A DNA stretch of 64,000 bases from a virus. How positions within the stretch are numbered: position 1 is the stretch's first letter; each line of letters opens with the position of its first letter. Both the position numbers and the translations under genes were made by a program. The stretch is taken from positions 87,578 to 151,577 of IMG/VR virus record IMGVR_UViG_3300028107_000175; one strand, written 5' to 3'. Under the pieces are notes generated by a model. The model was not told where the DNA came from, searched no databases, and saw only the letters and a program-made list of their open reading frames with translations. Below are positions 37,479 to 46,429 of the stretch, in pieces.

Positions 37479-38789
37479 ATGAGCTTCGATAATCTTCCCT
37501 CTGCACAGGACGCCGTCCATTCGGCGGTCACCTTCGGTTCCATCACCGACATGGCCCGTCAGAATGCAGCCGCTGCTGACATCGCTGACCACACCGAACT
37601 GCTGGATGAAGTGCATGAACGCATTGAGTTCAGCAACAATCAGGGCGGCATGTCCCAGGAAGCGTTGGCCTTTGCCATGCTTACGGTGCAGCACACCACC
37701 ACCAGTCTGGGTATCAACAGCAACCTGCTGCGCTTCCCGGCACAGGAAAGCTTCGTCGACGGCCTGGCTGTCGTTGATACCCGTACGCTGGAACTGGCCA
37801 CGGAAGGTCTGGGTGCGTCGGTGGGTGACATCGCCCGTCGTCAGTACAGTTCCCTGCTGCGCTCCTGGCGTTTCTTGGGTACCCAGTTGACCTTCCAGCG
37901 TCGTTCGCTGAAGCAGCTTCTGGAGAGTGCCAAGACTGTCAAGGGCAAGCAGGACGTCACCCCGATTGAGGTGGACTTCGATCGACTGCATCAGGACGGT
38001 AAGGTTCCGGCCAGTCCGGTCACCTTCCTGACCGGCTACTACCAGAGCTTCGGTCAACTGCAGAAGAAGTGGTTCTCTGTGGCCGGCCCGTGTTGGAATG
38101 AGAATTTCCAGCTGGTCGGTAAGCTCAAGCGCGATACCGGTAAGAACTTCGAGCAGTCCCTCGGCCAGATCGCCGATGGCTTTGCCGATTGCCGTAAACG
38201 TGCTGGGCTGAACCCGGACATGCAGGTACCGGGCGGCTACCGCTTCTTCATTGACCGCAAGCTGGGTTACACCGGCGACATCGCCGCGGCCAAGAAGCTC
38301 GACGCGCTGGCCAACAAGGGCTACCCGCGCCGCATGGGTGACATGCGTCGTATCGGTGAAGTCGGTAAGGTCAAGGTCAAACCGCTGACCAAGGAAGAAG
38401 TGCAGAAGCTGTGCAAGACCGCGTTGGACGCCATGTCCCCGATGTCTGAAGTGGACGCCTTCCTCGAGTCGCTGCAGTCGCAGGCCACCTCGATCTTCAG
38501 CGGCCCGTTGTGGCTGGTGCCGTTCCTCAAGCCGATCGTCATGGGCTTCACCGTGGGTCACGCCGGCGTCAAGACGCTGGTCCATGGCATGACGCGCGGT
38601 CGGGCCACCATGGGTTGGGGTAAGGACATTCGTAAGACGTATCGTTCTGAGCTGCGTGCTCTGCGCGATGCGCTGCGTACGTCCAACCACCTGATCTGGC
38701 ACGTGCCGTTTGACACGATGTCGGTGACCATGGGCATCAATCGCGGCATGATGACGTACTGCCGTGAGTCGCTGAAAACGTACAAGTAA
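37479..38789 (+). CDS. Internal head protein paralog
   Basis: AGGAG RBS; FPAQESF and LATE|GLGASVG motifs. Confidence 0.65.
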   Translation: MSFDNLPSAQDAVHSAVTFGSITDMARQNAAAADIADHTELLDEVHERIEFSNNQGGMSQEALAFAMLTVQHTTTSLGINSNLLRFPAQESFVDGLAVVDTRTLELATEGLGASVGDIARRQYSSLLRSWRFLGTQLTFQRRSLKQLLESAKTVKGKQDVTPIEVDFDRLHQDGKVPASPVTFLTGYYQSFGQLQKKWFSVAGPCWNENFQLVGKLKRDTGKNFEQSLGQIADGFADCRKRAGLNPDMQVPGGYRFFIDRKLGYTGDIAAAKKLDALANKGYPRRMGDMRRIGEVGKVKVKPLTKEEVQKLCKTALDAMSPMSEVDAFLESLQSQATSIFSGPLWLVPFLKPIVMGFTVGHAGVKTLVHGMTRGRATMGWGKDIRKTYRSELRALRDALRTSNHLIWHVPFDTMSVTMGINRGMMTYCRESLKTYK

Positions 38790-38800
38790 GAAAGCACATA

Positions 38801-38835
38801 GCCCCTCCCGCGATTAGGCGGGAGGGGTTTATGTT
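38801..38835 (+). terminator. Hairpin flanked by CATA and TTATG, ending the head-protein operon
   Basis: CCCCTCCCGC-gattag-GCGGGAGGGG then TTTATG. Confidence 0.75.
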
Positions 38836-38920
38836 CATCTACCCTTAACGTAATACATGAAAATTTAACGACGCTGACAATGGTTTGAATAGAGCCATAC
38901 CGTTTCAGGGGGACACCAAA

Positions 38921-39073
38921 ATGACCATGTGGTCGCTACGGAGGTTTTTCCAAACACGCTCGTTCACTGTGTGGCATCAAGATAGTCCAGGCATGAAGGT
39001 CCGCGTTCGGCGGAACTGGATTCAACGCCTGTTCTATCCACGGTCGTTTAGCGTCGTTGGAGAACGATACTAA
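38921..39073 (+). CDS. Small basic hypothetical protein (50 aa)
   Basis: GGGGGA RBS, ATG at 38921; Arg/Trp-rich. Confidence 0.45.
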   Translation: MTMWSLRRFFQTRSFTVWHQDSPGMKVRVRRNWIQRLFYPRSFSVVGERY

Positions 39074-39181
39074 TTGGGGCATGCCGACGGGCATGTCACG
39101 GGGGAGAGTCAGAGATGACTCAGAACAAGAACAGAGGGCTCGTCTAGGGGTAACAACAAAAGCATTACGGAGTAACAAGCC

Positions 39182-39586
39182 ATGCGCCAGATCTATCCGT
39201 CCACCATGAATCCGAGCCTCAACGCGCTGAACATGACCGCAGTCGATCTGCCGGGCATGGGCGAAGCGCAGCGTCGCTACGTGATCGGCGGTTTCCAGAC
39301 CGCCTTCAATCCCGCCAATCGCGGCCAGCAATTCCCGGCCATGTTCACCGAGCTGCCCATCTTCTTCCACGATGGCCCGGTGTTCGCCGATGCTCCGCTC
39401 AACGGCGTCACGCCCGAGAGCCTGCTGGCTGTCGTCGCTGACCATCTCCAGAGCAAGCTGCGCACCCCCGCCGGCTGCATCGAGATGCACATGGCTGTGG
39501 AGAACATCATGCTGGCCATCAGCAATCTGTCGCGCCGTAGCGAGGTGCGTTACGCATCCGCCGACGCTTACCAGCAAGCCGTTTGA
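39182..39586 (+). CDS. tad1: Divergent Tad1-like anti-defence sponge protein
   Basis: PGMGEAQRRYVI ~ Tad1 GPGGAxHxYxI; IFFHDGP ~ IxFQxGP; NGVTPESLLAVVADHL ~ xGVxxxDLLxIVxDRL; P..C.E...A...I..A...L.RR...R ~ PF.(C/S)RENA.A...EEAL.W..RR...R. Confidence 0.65.
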   Translation: MRQIYPSTMNPSLNALNMTAVDLPGMGEAQRRYVIGGFQTAFNPANRGQQFPAMFTELPIFFHDGPVFADAPLNGVTPESLLAVVADHLQSKLRTPAGCIEMHMAVENIMLAISNLSRRSEVRYASADAYQQAV

Positions 39587-39634
39587 CATATCCCCTATCC
39601 GGCTCCCGCAAGGGCCGGATAGGGGTGCTATGTC
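39585..39634 (+). terminator. Long hairpin with GACATA/TATGTC arms
   Basis: GACATA-t-CCCCTATCCGGC...GCCGGATAGGGG-tgc-TATGTC. Confidence 0.65.
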
Positions 39635-39641
39635 GTATGTC

Positions 39642-39678
39642 GATTGAACCGAATTTGAGCCACATATCAACCCCGTGT
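39642..39678 (+). promoter_or_regulatory. Putative phage early promoter (37-bp family)
   Basis: GATTGAACCGAATTTGAGCCACATATCAACCCCGTGT. Confidence 0.75.
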
Positions 39679-39699
39679 AATTCCACCATGGATCACGTC

Positions 39700-39837
39700 A
39701 TGAAGAATGCAATTGAATGGGGCCCGGGCAGCAAAGTGCTGTTCGGTATCGAGATGACTGTCTGCGCAGCCGGTTCGTACTACATGACCTACGGTCTGGT
39801 TCGTGCCCTGATTTGGCTAGGGCAACAGAAGCAGTGA
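39700..39837 (+). CDS. Small membrane peptide (45 aa)
   Basis: GGA RBS, MKNAIEW..., one hydrophobic helix; directly downstream of the promoter. Confidence 0.55.
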   Translation: MKNAIEWGPGSKVLFGIEMTVCAAGSYYMTYGLVRALIWLGQQKQ

Positions 39838-39845
39838 AAAAGATC

Positions 39846-39882
39846 GATTGAAAGAAATCTCAGATCTATAACACTCCCCTGT
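39846..39882 (+). promoter_or_regulatory. Putative phage early promoter (37-bp family)
   Basis: GATTGAAAGAAATCTCAGATCTATAACACTCCCCTGT. Confidence 0.75.
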
Positions 39883-39931
39883 AATGCTACATGAATTTCC
39901 TATCCCGCTATCTTAACTGGACTAAATCGCC

Positions 39932-40822
39932 ATGACCGCTACCAAGAAGACCCACGTTTCCGTGATCGCCATCAACGATGCCATTGGCAAGCTGACCGGT
40001 CGCAATAAGCTGCGCGTGCTGGAGTTCCAGAACTACTGGAATAATGGTACCGGGTACTTCGACGGTCTGGTGAACACCAGCGCAGAAGTAGTCGGTGTCG
40101 AAGAAGGCGAGCTGACGGTGTCCATGGATACCGCTGGTCGCTTCGTCTTCATCGGTGTGCTCGAAGGCAATATCTGCTGCGCCTTCCAGCGCTACCAGGT
40201 TGAGCCGGGCAAGCAGAACACCACCATCATCCTGCAGCTGCAGAATGAGGATGACAACGTTGCCGGCAAGGCTCTGGGTGACACCCATGGCCCGATGTAC
40301 TTCGAGCAGCTGCTGCAGTTCATCCGCCTGTTCAAGAACGGCAACCCGATTGCCGACTCCATCAATTCCCGTGCTGGCATCACTGTCAGCGAAACCGAAA
40401 TTGCAAAGGCCTCCAGCGCGGCCGTTGCTCTGACCACCAGCGCTGAACCCACCCTCTCTGAAGCTAACCAGGAAAACCTCGCCATGTCGAACAACAACCA
40501 GAACACCGCCGCTGCCGCTACCGATGCCGTCGCCAACGCTGCTGCCAGCGCCACCCAGACCGTGAAGGAAGCTGCGGTCGATGCGACCGGCGCCGCTGCC
40601 GGCGCTGTGGCCGATGCCGCCGATGCGGTGTCCGCCACTGCCCAGCAGGTCGAAGCCAAGACCATGGGCGAGAAGGCCAAGATGTCGGTGGAGCGTGCTC
40701 GCGATGTGATCGCCAACGCCACCGGCAACATCAAGCGTCGCGACGTCGCCTTCTTCGGCGGCGGCGTGGCTGCCGGCGTGCTGGGCGTGCTGGCCTTCCG
40801 CGCCCTGACCAGCCGCGAGTAA
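39932..40822 (+). CDS. Early protein: jumbo-phage N-terminal domain (WNNGTGYFDG) fused in frame to an Ala-rich tail-anchored domain
   Basis: 296-aa ORF; internal AGGA RBS and ATG at 40484; C-terminal TM helix. Confidence 0.7.
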   Translation: MTATKKTHVSVIAINDAIGKLTGRNKLRVLEFQNYWNNGTGYFDGLVNTSAEVVGVEEGELTVSMDTAGRFVFIGVLEGNICCAFQRYQVEPGKQNTTIILQLQNEDDNVAGKALGDTHGPMYFEQLLQFIRLFKNGNPIADSINSRAGITVSETEIAKASSAAVALTTSAEPTLSEANQENLAMSNNNQNTAAAATDAVANAAASATQTVKEAAVDATGAAAGAVADAADAVSATAQQVEAKTMGEKAKMSVERARDVIANATGNIKRRDVAFFGGGVAAGVLGVLAFRALTSRE

Positions 40823-40896
40823 TCGCGACGGTTCTACCTGCGGCCCTACGGGGCCGCAGTTGCAACACCATCCCTCAACTACCCAAAGTGAATGAC

Positions 40897-41115
40897 ATGC
40901 CGAAGAACAACGAAACCCTGACCCCGGGCCAGCAGCTCGATGCCATGCTGAACGATCTGGCCAATGGCGCCGGAATGGAACTGGAACCGGTGAAGCGCAA
41001 CTCCCCCACCATGGAAGTCGTCAAGACCGGTGCCTGCGTGATCGGCACGGTGGGCATCGCCCTGGGCGTGACCTACCTGATGGGTAAGGCCGCCGAAGCC
41101 ATCCTGGCCGAGTAA
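40897..41115 (+). CDS. Small protein with a C-terminal TM helix
   Basis: VIGTVGIALGVTYLMG helix; follows the hairpin at 40840-40860. Confidence 0.6.
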   Translation: MPKNNETLTPGQQLDAMLNDLANGAGMELEPVKRNSPTMEVVKTGACVIGTVGIALGVTYLMGKAAEAILAE

Positions 41116-41180
41116 TACCGCACCGTCTCAGCTACATCCGCAACACCACCCCATACCTCTATCGAACAAGGACTATCGCA

Positions 41181-41339
41181 ATGAACATGCAGAAGCTCAA
41201 CACCGGCCTGGGCCTGAACCTGTCCCCGCGCAGCCAAGCCATCGTCAAGGGTGCTGTCCAAGGCGCCGCCATCGGCGTGGCGGTCAATGCTGTCATGTTG
41301 GCCGCTGTCGTGGCCGTGACGCTGGCGACCCGCAAGTAA
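41181..41339 (+). CDS. Small membrane peptide (52 aa, not in the ORF track)
   Basis: AAGGA RBS; MNMQKLNTGL...AVMLAAVVAVTLATRK*. Confidence 0.65.
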   Translation: MNMQKLNTGLGLNLSPRSQAIVKGAVQGAAIGVAVNAVMLAAVVAVTLATRK

Positions 41340-41347
41340 TTCAGCAG

Positions 41348-41400
41348 TCGCTGGACTCCCCATCGGGAGTCCAGCTGACGCGGATCTTTTTTTTTCTTCA
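41348..41400 (+). terminator. Terminator ending the early island
   Basis: GCTGGACTCCC-catc-GGGAGTCCAGC, with a T tract shortly downstream. Confidence 0.65.
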
Positions 41401-41438
41401 TCGCGCAAGGACGATCTTATGACGACTTTTGGACCTTG

Positions 41439-43124
41439 ATGAGGAGTGCGACTGTGCCTCGTAATTTTCAAGCCACTCCCAACAGTAACGAGACGATTAC
41501 GCGCCCCATCTCCTTGGAGGTGGCAACGCAGATCAAACGTTTGCTGGAACTGCCTGACAACACCGTGGTGACTTTCCCCGGCGGCATGGAGACTGTGGCA
41601 CAAACCGGTTCTACCATTGATGCCAAGCAGGGTGGGGATCTTTCCACCTTCTCTCACGACAACCAGTTCCGCATGGATGTGGTTGAACGTTTCAACGATG
41701 ACGATGTGTTGTCTACGACGGTTCACTACCAGGACGATGCGCAGCCGTATTTCCTGGACAAGGCCATCGGTGTTGAACTGCGGCCGGTTTACAGCCAGAC
41801 GCAGATCGACTTCAACATCTCCATCCGTACCAAAGACAAGGACATGGCCGCCCGGTTCCGGGATACGATCCTGGCCCGGTCTGCACAGCAGCGTACGGTG
41901 AACCTGCACGAACTGCATTACTCCTACGCCGTACCGCTCAAGCACTTGCAGTTGCTGGAGCAGATCCACACGATGCGCGAGGCCACTGCCGGTTACGGTG
42001 AGGACTTCTCCACGTGGGTAGCCAGTAACATCACTGGCCGTGCAACCAACCTGACCAACCTGATCGGTACCGCGCAAACGCTGGTGATCCAAGAACATCA
42101 GATCGAATGCACTGGCTGGTTCGACTGGGAAGCTGCACCGGACAACGTAGAGAAGGACGGTGAAGCCGGCGCCTATTCGTGGACGCTGACCTATAAGCTG
42201 AACTACGCCAAGGTTATCGGTACCGCTGCACGTTGGCCGATCATGGTCCACAACGCGATCATGCCCCATCCGTGGATCTCCACTCCGGTAGCCAACGGCA
42301 CGATGATCGATCCTGATCGCCGTACCCGTCGCGGTGGTAAGATCACCGAAGCGTTCAAGCACTTCACCCACCTGTACACGGACTGGTGCGCCAAGCGCAT
42401 CATTGACGGTGTGCAGATTCCGGTGTTCGATGAATGGGAACCGCGCAATGTCTATCCGGACACCAGTTCGGTGGTGACTATTCTCATGTCGGCCGATCTC
42501 ACCGCACCGCGTTCGGTGCTGGATCTGGGCGAAGGGGATCTGGGCGAATACCTGATCGATCCGGACGTGCTGGAGTTCATGCGAGGCGAGTATCGCTGGC
42601 TGAACAGTTACAATGAATCGATCATCCACATCGGTCTGTATGAAGGTTCGGATCTGCTCGATGACGGTAGCTTGATGATCAACGATCAGCTCAACATCAC
42701 CGCCCGTGAGCCACTGGACCCGCGCAAGGTGTACCACCTGCGTATCGCTCTGGTTAACGATCTGACGGCGTTGTCCAAGCCGGCGATGGAGCGCTTCCGC
42801 CGCGGCGGCAAGGGCGCTCAGAAGCTGCTGATGACGCTACAGTGGAAGCTGTTGCAGATCGCCACCCTGCCGGATCTGTTGGCGGGTAAATACCTGTCCG
42901 TCGCTCTGATCCAAGACATTGCCAAGAAGATCAACGCCAAGAAGGGCATCCATTACACGGGTGTCGAGTATCGCATGCTGACGGTGGGGTATTTCACCAT
43001 CACAGCCCAGAGGAACGATCATGCCAATCGCACCAACCCCCCAAGCTCCCAAGCCCCAGAAGCCGACGGCACCGACGGTAGTCAGTACCCAGTACCGGGG
43101 TGCGACGGTGGATACCCGATTTGA
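41439..43124 (+). CDS. Virion structural protein (conserved chimallivirus)
   Basis: About 560 aa, beta-rich; TATG upstream at 41418; heads an operon of structural-type genes. Confidence 0.6.
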   Translation: MRSATVPRNFQATPNSNETITRPISLEVATQIKRLLELPDNTVVTFPGGMETVAQTGSTIDAKQGGDLSTFSHDNQFRMDVVERFNDDDVLSTTVHYQDDAQPYFLDKAIGVELRPVYSQTQIDFNISIRTKDKDMAARFRDTILARSAQQRTVNLHELHYSYAVPLKHLQLLEQIHTMREATAGYGEDFSTWVASNITGRATNLTNLIGTAQTLVIQEHQIECTGWFDWEAAPDNVEKDGEAGAYSWTLTYKLNYAKVIGTAARWPIMVHNAIMPHPWISTPVANGTMIDPDRRTRRGGKITEAFKHFTHLYTDWCAKRIIDGVQIPVFDEWEPRNVYPDTSSVVTILMSADLTAPRSVLDLGEGDLGEYLIDPDVLEFMRGEYRWLNSYNESIIHIGLYEGSDLLDDGSLMINDQLNITAREPLDPRKVYHLRIALVNDLTALSKPAMERFRRGGKGAQKLLMTLQWKLLQIATLPDLLAGKYLSVALIQDIAKKINAKKGIHYTGVEYRMLTVGYFTITAQRNDHANRTNPPSSQAPEADGTDGSQYPVPGCDGGYPI

Positions 43125-44424
43125 TCCGATTGGTTCGCTCCTGCAGTACACCGAGGGTAAACCTTGGGCTGTGGAGTATTACCAGCGGGTCATGGGTAGC
43201 TCTGAAGAAGTCATGGCGCAGGCCACCAACGTGGCAGCGCCTTTCCAGCAATACCGCCGCATCCGCAACATGATCGTGCGCGTCACCGAGGCACTGAGTG
43301 ATTCGCAGGATACCACCACCAAGCAGATGAAGACTGAGGGCGCAGGTATCACCTTCCCCTCCTTCATCCCCAACGTGGGCGACATGTTCTTGGCCCCGCT
43401 GCTCGATGGTCGCGAGGGTGTGTTCGTCATCACTGAAAGTGAGAAGAAGACCCATCTGAAGGAAGCGCAGTACCAAGTGCGCTGGGAGATGAAGGGCTTC
43501 TCCGACACCTTCGGCACCACGCTGGCCGATCTGGCAGAGAAGGTCATCGAGTCGTTCACCTACGTGGCCGATTATCTGACCTTTGGCCGCAATCCGTTGC
43601 TGCTGGATCAGAAGTACGCCGAGCTGATGGACATCCGCACGTTGCGCGATGAGTTGGTGGATTACTTCTTCACCGAAGCGTTCAGCAACGAACATCAGAC
43701 GCTGATGGTGCCCAATCAGGAGTTCACCACCTACGATCCGTTCTTGACGAAGTTCGTCTTGGATCTGATCGGCTCGGACGAACATCCCTACGTGGGCCGT
43801 ATCCGTAAACCGTCGGTGGATCAGCAGCTGGTCGGTCGTCATCCCACGATCTGGGATTCGATTCGCGCCGTCAACCATCGCACCATTCGCAACAACGTCC
43901 ACCGGGTTCGTTTGCTCGACTCGGGCTGGTTCCGTAGTCAACCGCTGTATGCGGGCATCTACTGGACGGGCATCAAGCGCGTGGTGTTCCCGTTCCATGC
44001 ACGCACCGACGTCGATGCGCCGTACTACCCCATCTGCGATCTGCCGCCTCTGGTCGGTCAGGTACTGATGGCTGCCGGGAAGAGCCGCTGGAACACGCTG
44101 GAACGTCTGGCGGGTACGCCTGCTGACGGCCTCACGCTCCCGCAGCTGCAGGAGTCACCGGAACCGCCGGTGGGGACGGATCTGCCCGACTACGTGCGCG
44201 TGACCGTTGATGACTTCTACGTCTTCAGCGAGAGCTTCTACACCCAACTCCGCCCAGCGTCCAAGCTCGAATCGATTCTGCTGCAGTACATCAAGCAGCA
44301 GCCGATCGACACCGCTGTCCTGTCCAAGCTTGCCAGTGCGGCGCCCCAGTGGCCCAACGTGGAACGGTTCTATTACCTGCCCGTGTTGCTGCTGCTGATC
44401 ACTGCCGCCATCCGTGGGAACTGA
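43021..44424 (+). CDS. Virion structural protein (conserved chimallivirus)
   Basis: 467 aa; IPNVGDMFLA motif; GAGGA RBS; overlaps the end of the upstream gene. Confidence 0.6.
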   Translation: MPIAPTPQAPKPQKPTAPTVVSTQYRGATVDTRFDPIGSLLQYTEGKPWAVEYYQRVMGSSEEVMAQATNVAAPFQQYRRIRNMIVRVTEALSDSQDTTTKQMKTEGAGITFPSFIPNVGDMFLAPLLDGREGVFVITESEKKTHLKEAQYQVRWEMKGFSDTFGTTLADLAEKVIESFTYVADYLTFGRNPLLLDQKYAELMDIRTLRDELVDYFFTEAFSNEHQTLMVPNQEFTTYDPFLTKFVLDLIGSDEHPYVGRIRKPSVDQQLVGRHPTIWDSIRAVNHRTIRNNVHRVRLLDSGWFRSQPLYAGIYWTGIKRVVFPFHARTDVDAPYYPICDLPPLVGQVLMAAGKSRWNTLERLAGTPADGLTLPQLQESPEPPVGTDLPDYVRVTVDDFYVFSESFYTQLRPASKLESILLQYIKQQPIDTAVLSKLASAAPQWPNVERFYYLPVLLLLITAAIRGN

Positions 44425-44426
44425 TC

Positions 44427-45053
44427 ATGGCTTTCTCCGAAGTTGCGAAAAATCTTGTACCGTGGTCGGCTGACCCGGCTAAGCAATCGCCGGCGTTTAA
44501 GTTGTTCCACTACCAGTACGCCTGTCGCGTTCCGGGCATCCATCTGCTGTCGGTGGAAGAGTTCCAGACCTTCGGGTATGTCACCACCGGTGACGCAGCT
44601 TCGGACCACGCACTGATCCATGAGCTGCGAGACGTGCTCCTGACGCCAGCCCGTATGGCTACGTTGCTGGCCGATGGAGCGCCGGTCCACCTGAGCGGTT
44701 ATCAGGACGCTGCCACGATCTACGATCTCATCTACCATCACCTGCAAGACTGGAAGCATGAGATCGACAACAACATCATGCGCCGGCAAGCACCGGTTGA
44801 TGACCTGCGGTTGTTTGACAACCTGGCCCGTGAGCTGTTCAGTTATGCTCACCACCATGTGAACTACAACCCGGCCACCAGCAAGTTCTTTGCTGCTACG
44901 CAGTCCATCGCGGCCAGCCGTGGTATGTCGGCGCTCAATGACATCATCGGTCGTGCACAAGGTCTGGGACCGCGCCCTGAGGCGCAGCACCTGACGTATG
45001 TGGACAACATGACGCGTACACTGAGTCAGCGTCAACGCGACTTCCGTAACTGA
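44427..45053 (+). CDS. Conserved hypothetical protein
   Basis: Start re-picked at MAFSEVAK; operonic. Confidence 0.6.
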   Translation: MAFSEVAKNLVPWSADPAKQSPAFKLFHYQYACRVPGIHLLSVEEFQTFGYVTTGDAASDHALIHELRDVLLTPARMATLLADGAPVHLSGYQDAATIYDLIYHHLQDWKHEIDNNIMRRQAPVDDLRLFDNLARELFSYAHHHVNYNPATSKFFAATQSIAASRGMSALNDIIGRAQGLGPRPEAQHLTYVDNMTRTLSQRQRDFRN

Positions 45054-45061
45054 GGTGATGC

Positions 45062-46408
45062 ATGGCCCTGGAAAACTCTTCGTTGATGGCCGAGGTCCAA
45101 ACGATCCAAGCCACCCAAGGCAAGCCGGTCAACCGCAAGTTGACCGCAGAGATCTTGGCCAACAACATCAAGTTCCCGGTCATGAAAGTGGTCGGGATGG
45201 TGGTCCATCGTGACTACGTGAACAACTACGCCGATGAGACCTTCTTGGAAGTAATCATGGGCGCTGGCCAGTTCGCCAATCGCGTGTATCCCTACAAGTC
45301 CAATTTGGTACTGACGCTGTATAGCCGTAACGTAGATCCGGTGACCAAGGACAACCTGCGTGCTGCGGCTATTCGCGTGGAGCAGTACCGCGCCGTGCTG
45401 GTGGACTCCCAAGCGGAGACCATGGAGAAGAAGGATGACACCGCCGCCAGTACCGAGGCGATGGATCTGACTGATCTCAAGCGCGTGCGTTTCCAGCTCA
45501 TCGACATGGGCGTGGAACAGATCCGTTCGATGACGGTGGGTACCATTCCACAGAACTGCGCGCCCGGGGATATTCTCAAGACCCTGCTGACGCACATGAT
45601 CAAAGACGCTAAGGTCGATGACCGACAGTCCGTGACTGGCGTTGAGATGTGGCCGCCTACCAACACCGAAGTGGTCAAGCAGGTGCCGATCAAACATCGG
45701 CTGCCGTTGACTGATCTGGGTGATCTGATGCAAAACGCGGTGGGCTTGTACAGCACCGGGTTTGGTAACTACATCCAGAAAGGTCTGTGGTATGTCTATC
45801 CGCTGTGTGACTGGGAACGTTTCGACAACGATCTCAAATCCCTCACGCTGATCGGTGTACCTAAGAAGAAGTTCAACGGCACTGAGCGGACCTTCCGCCA
45901 GACCGCCAATCAAACCATCGCATTGGTGTCCGGTGAGATCAGCACAGCTGACATGACCGAACGCCGACGCATGGCCGAGGGTAATGGTGTGCGTTTCACC
46001 GACCCGTCCCGTGCGCTGAAAGCCTATACGGTCACCGAAGGCAATAAAGCCACGGTTATGCGTGATGAACTCAACAGCGAATTCACCACGCACGAATCGC
46101 CCACTGGTTTCAATCGTACCCCTTCGGCTGGGAAGCCGTTCACCGCCAACAAAATGGTGCAGCTCTCGCAGCTTACCGCCCGAGAGGGTACATTGATGGC
46201 AGTGGCTTGGGATTACTCGGACATCGATGCCATCACCCCCGGCATGCCTGTCAAGTTCATGTACGAGTCGGAAGGCTCGATCGTGGAAGTGCAAGGTATC
46301 GTCTGGGAGGCAATCCACACGTTCAAGGCGATCCAGCCCGGTATCACTGAGGGACCGCATCAATGCACCACGATGCTGTTGCTCAATGTCAATGTGATCC
46401 TCACCTAA
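45062..46408 (+). CDS. Baseplate hub-like virion protein
   Basis: 448 aa; LYSTGFGNYIQKGLWYVYP; C-terminal W..S..D.ITPGMPV hub-type pattern. Confidence 0.55.
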   Translation: MALENSSLMAEVQTIQATQGKPVNRKLTAEILANNIKFPVMKVVGMVVHRDYVNNYADETFLEVIMGAGQFANRVYPYKSNLVLTLYSRNVDPVTKDNLRAAAIRVEQYRAVLVDSQAETMEKKDDTAASTEAMDLTDLKRVRFQLIDMGVEQIRSMTVGTIPQNCAPGDILKTLLTHMIKDAKVDDRQSVTGVEMWPPTNTEVVKQVPIKHRLPLTDLGDLMQNAVGLYSTGFGNYIQKGLWYVYPLCDWERFDNDLKSLTLIGVPKKKFNGTERTFRQTANQTIALVSGEISTADMTERRRMAEGNGVRFTDPSRALKAYTVTEGNKATVMRDELNSEFTTHESPTGFNRTPSAGKPFTANKMVQLSQLTAREGTLMAVAWDYSDIDAITPGMPVKFMYESEGSIVEVQGIVWEAIHTFKAIQPGITEGPHQCTTMLLLNVNVILT

Positions 46409-46429
46409 GATCGGTAGAAGGAGACCCCT

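Noticed and set aside
1003-38702. Very long antisense ORFs (e.g. 2597-5566, 24148-27258, 35448-38702, 6178-8364)
   Set aside because: They mirror real genes codon for codon. High GC3 depletes antisense stop codons. They lack RBSs and recognisable motifs, and show the H/R/V/Q-rich composition typical of shadow frames.
38855-38890. Early promoter upstream of 38921
   Set aside because: Only the AAATTT element matches, and the ATA..A core is absent
23655-39882. sigma70 promoter reading of TTGAAC...TATAAC
   Set aside because: The spacer is only 13 nt, and one copy lacks TATAAC. It is better explained as a phage RNAP promoter.
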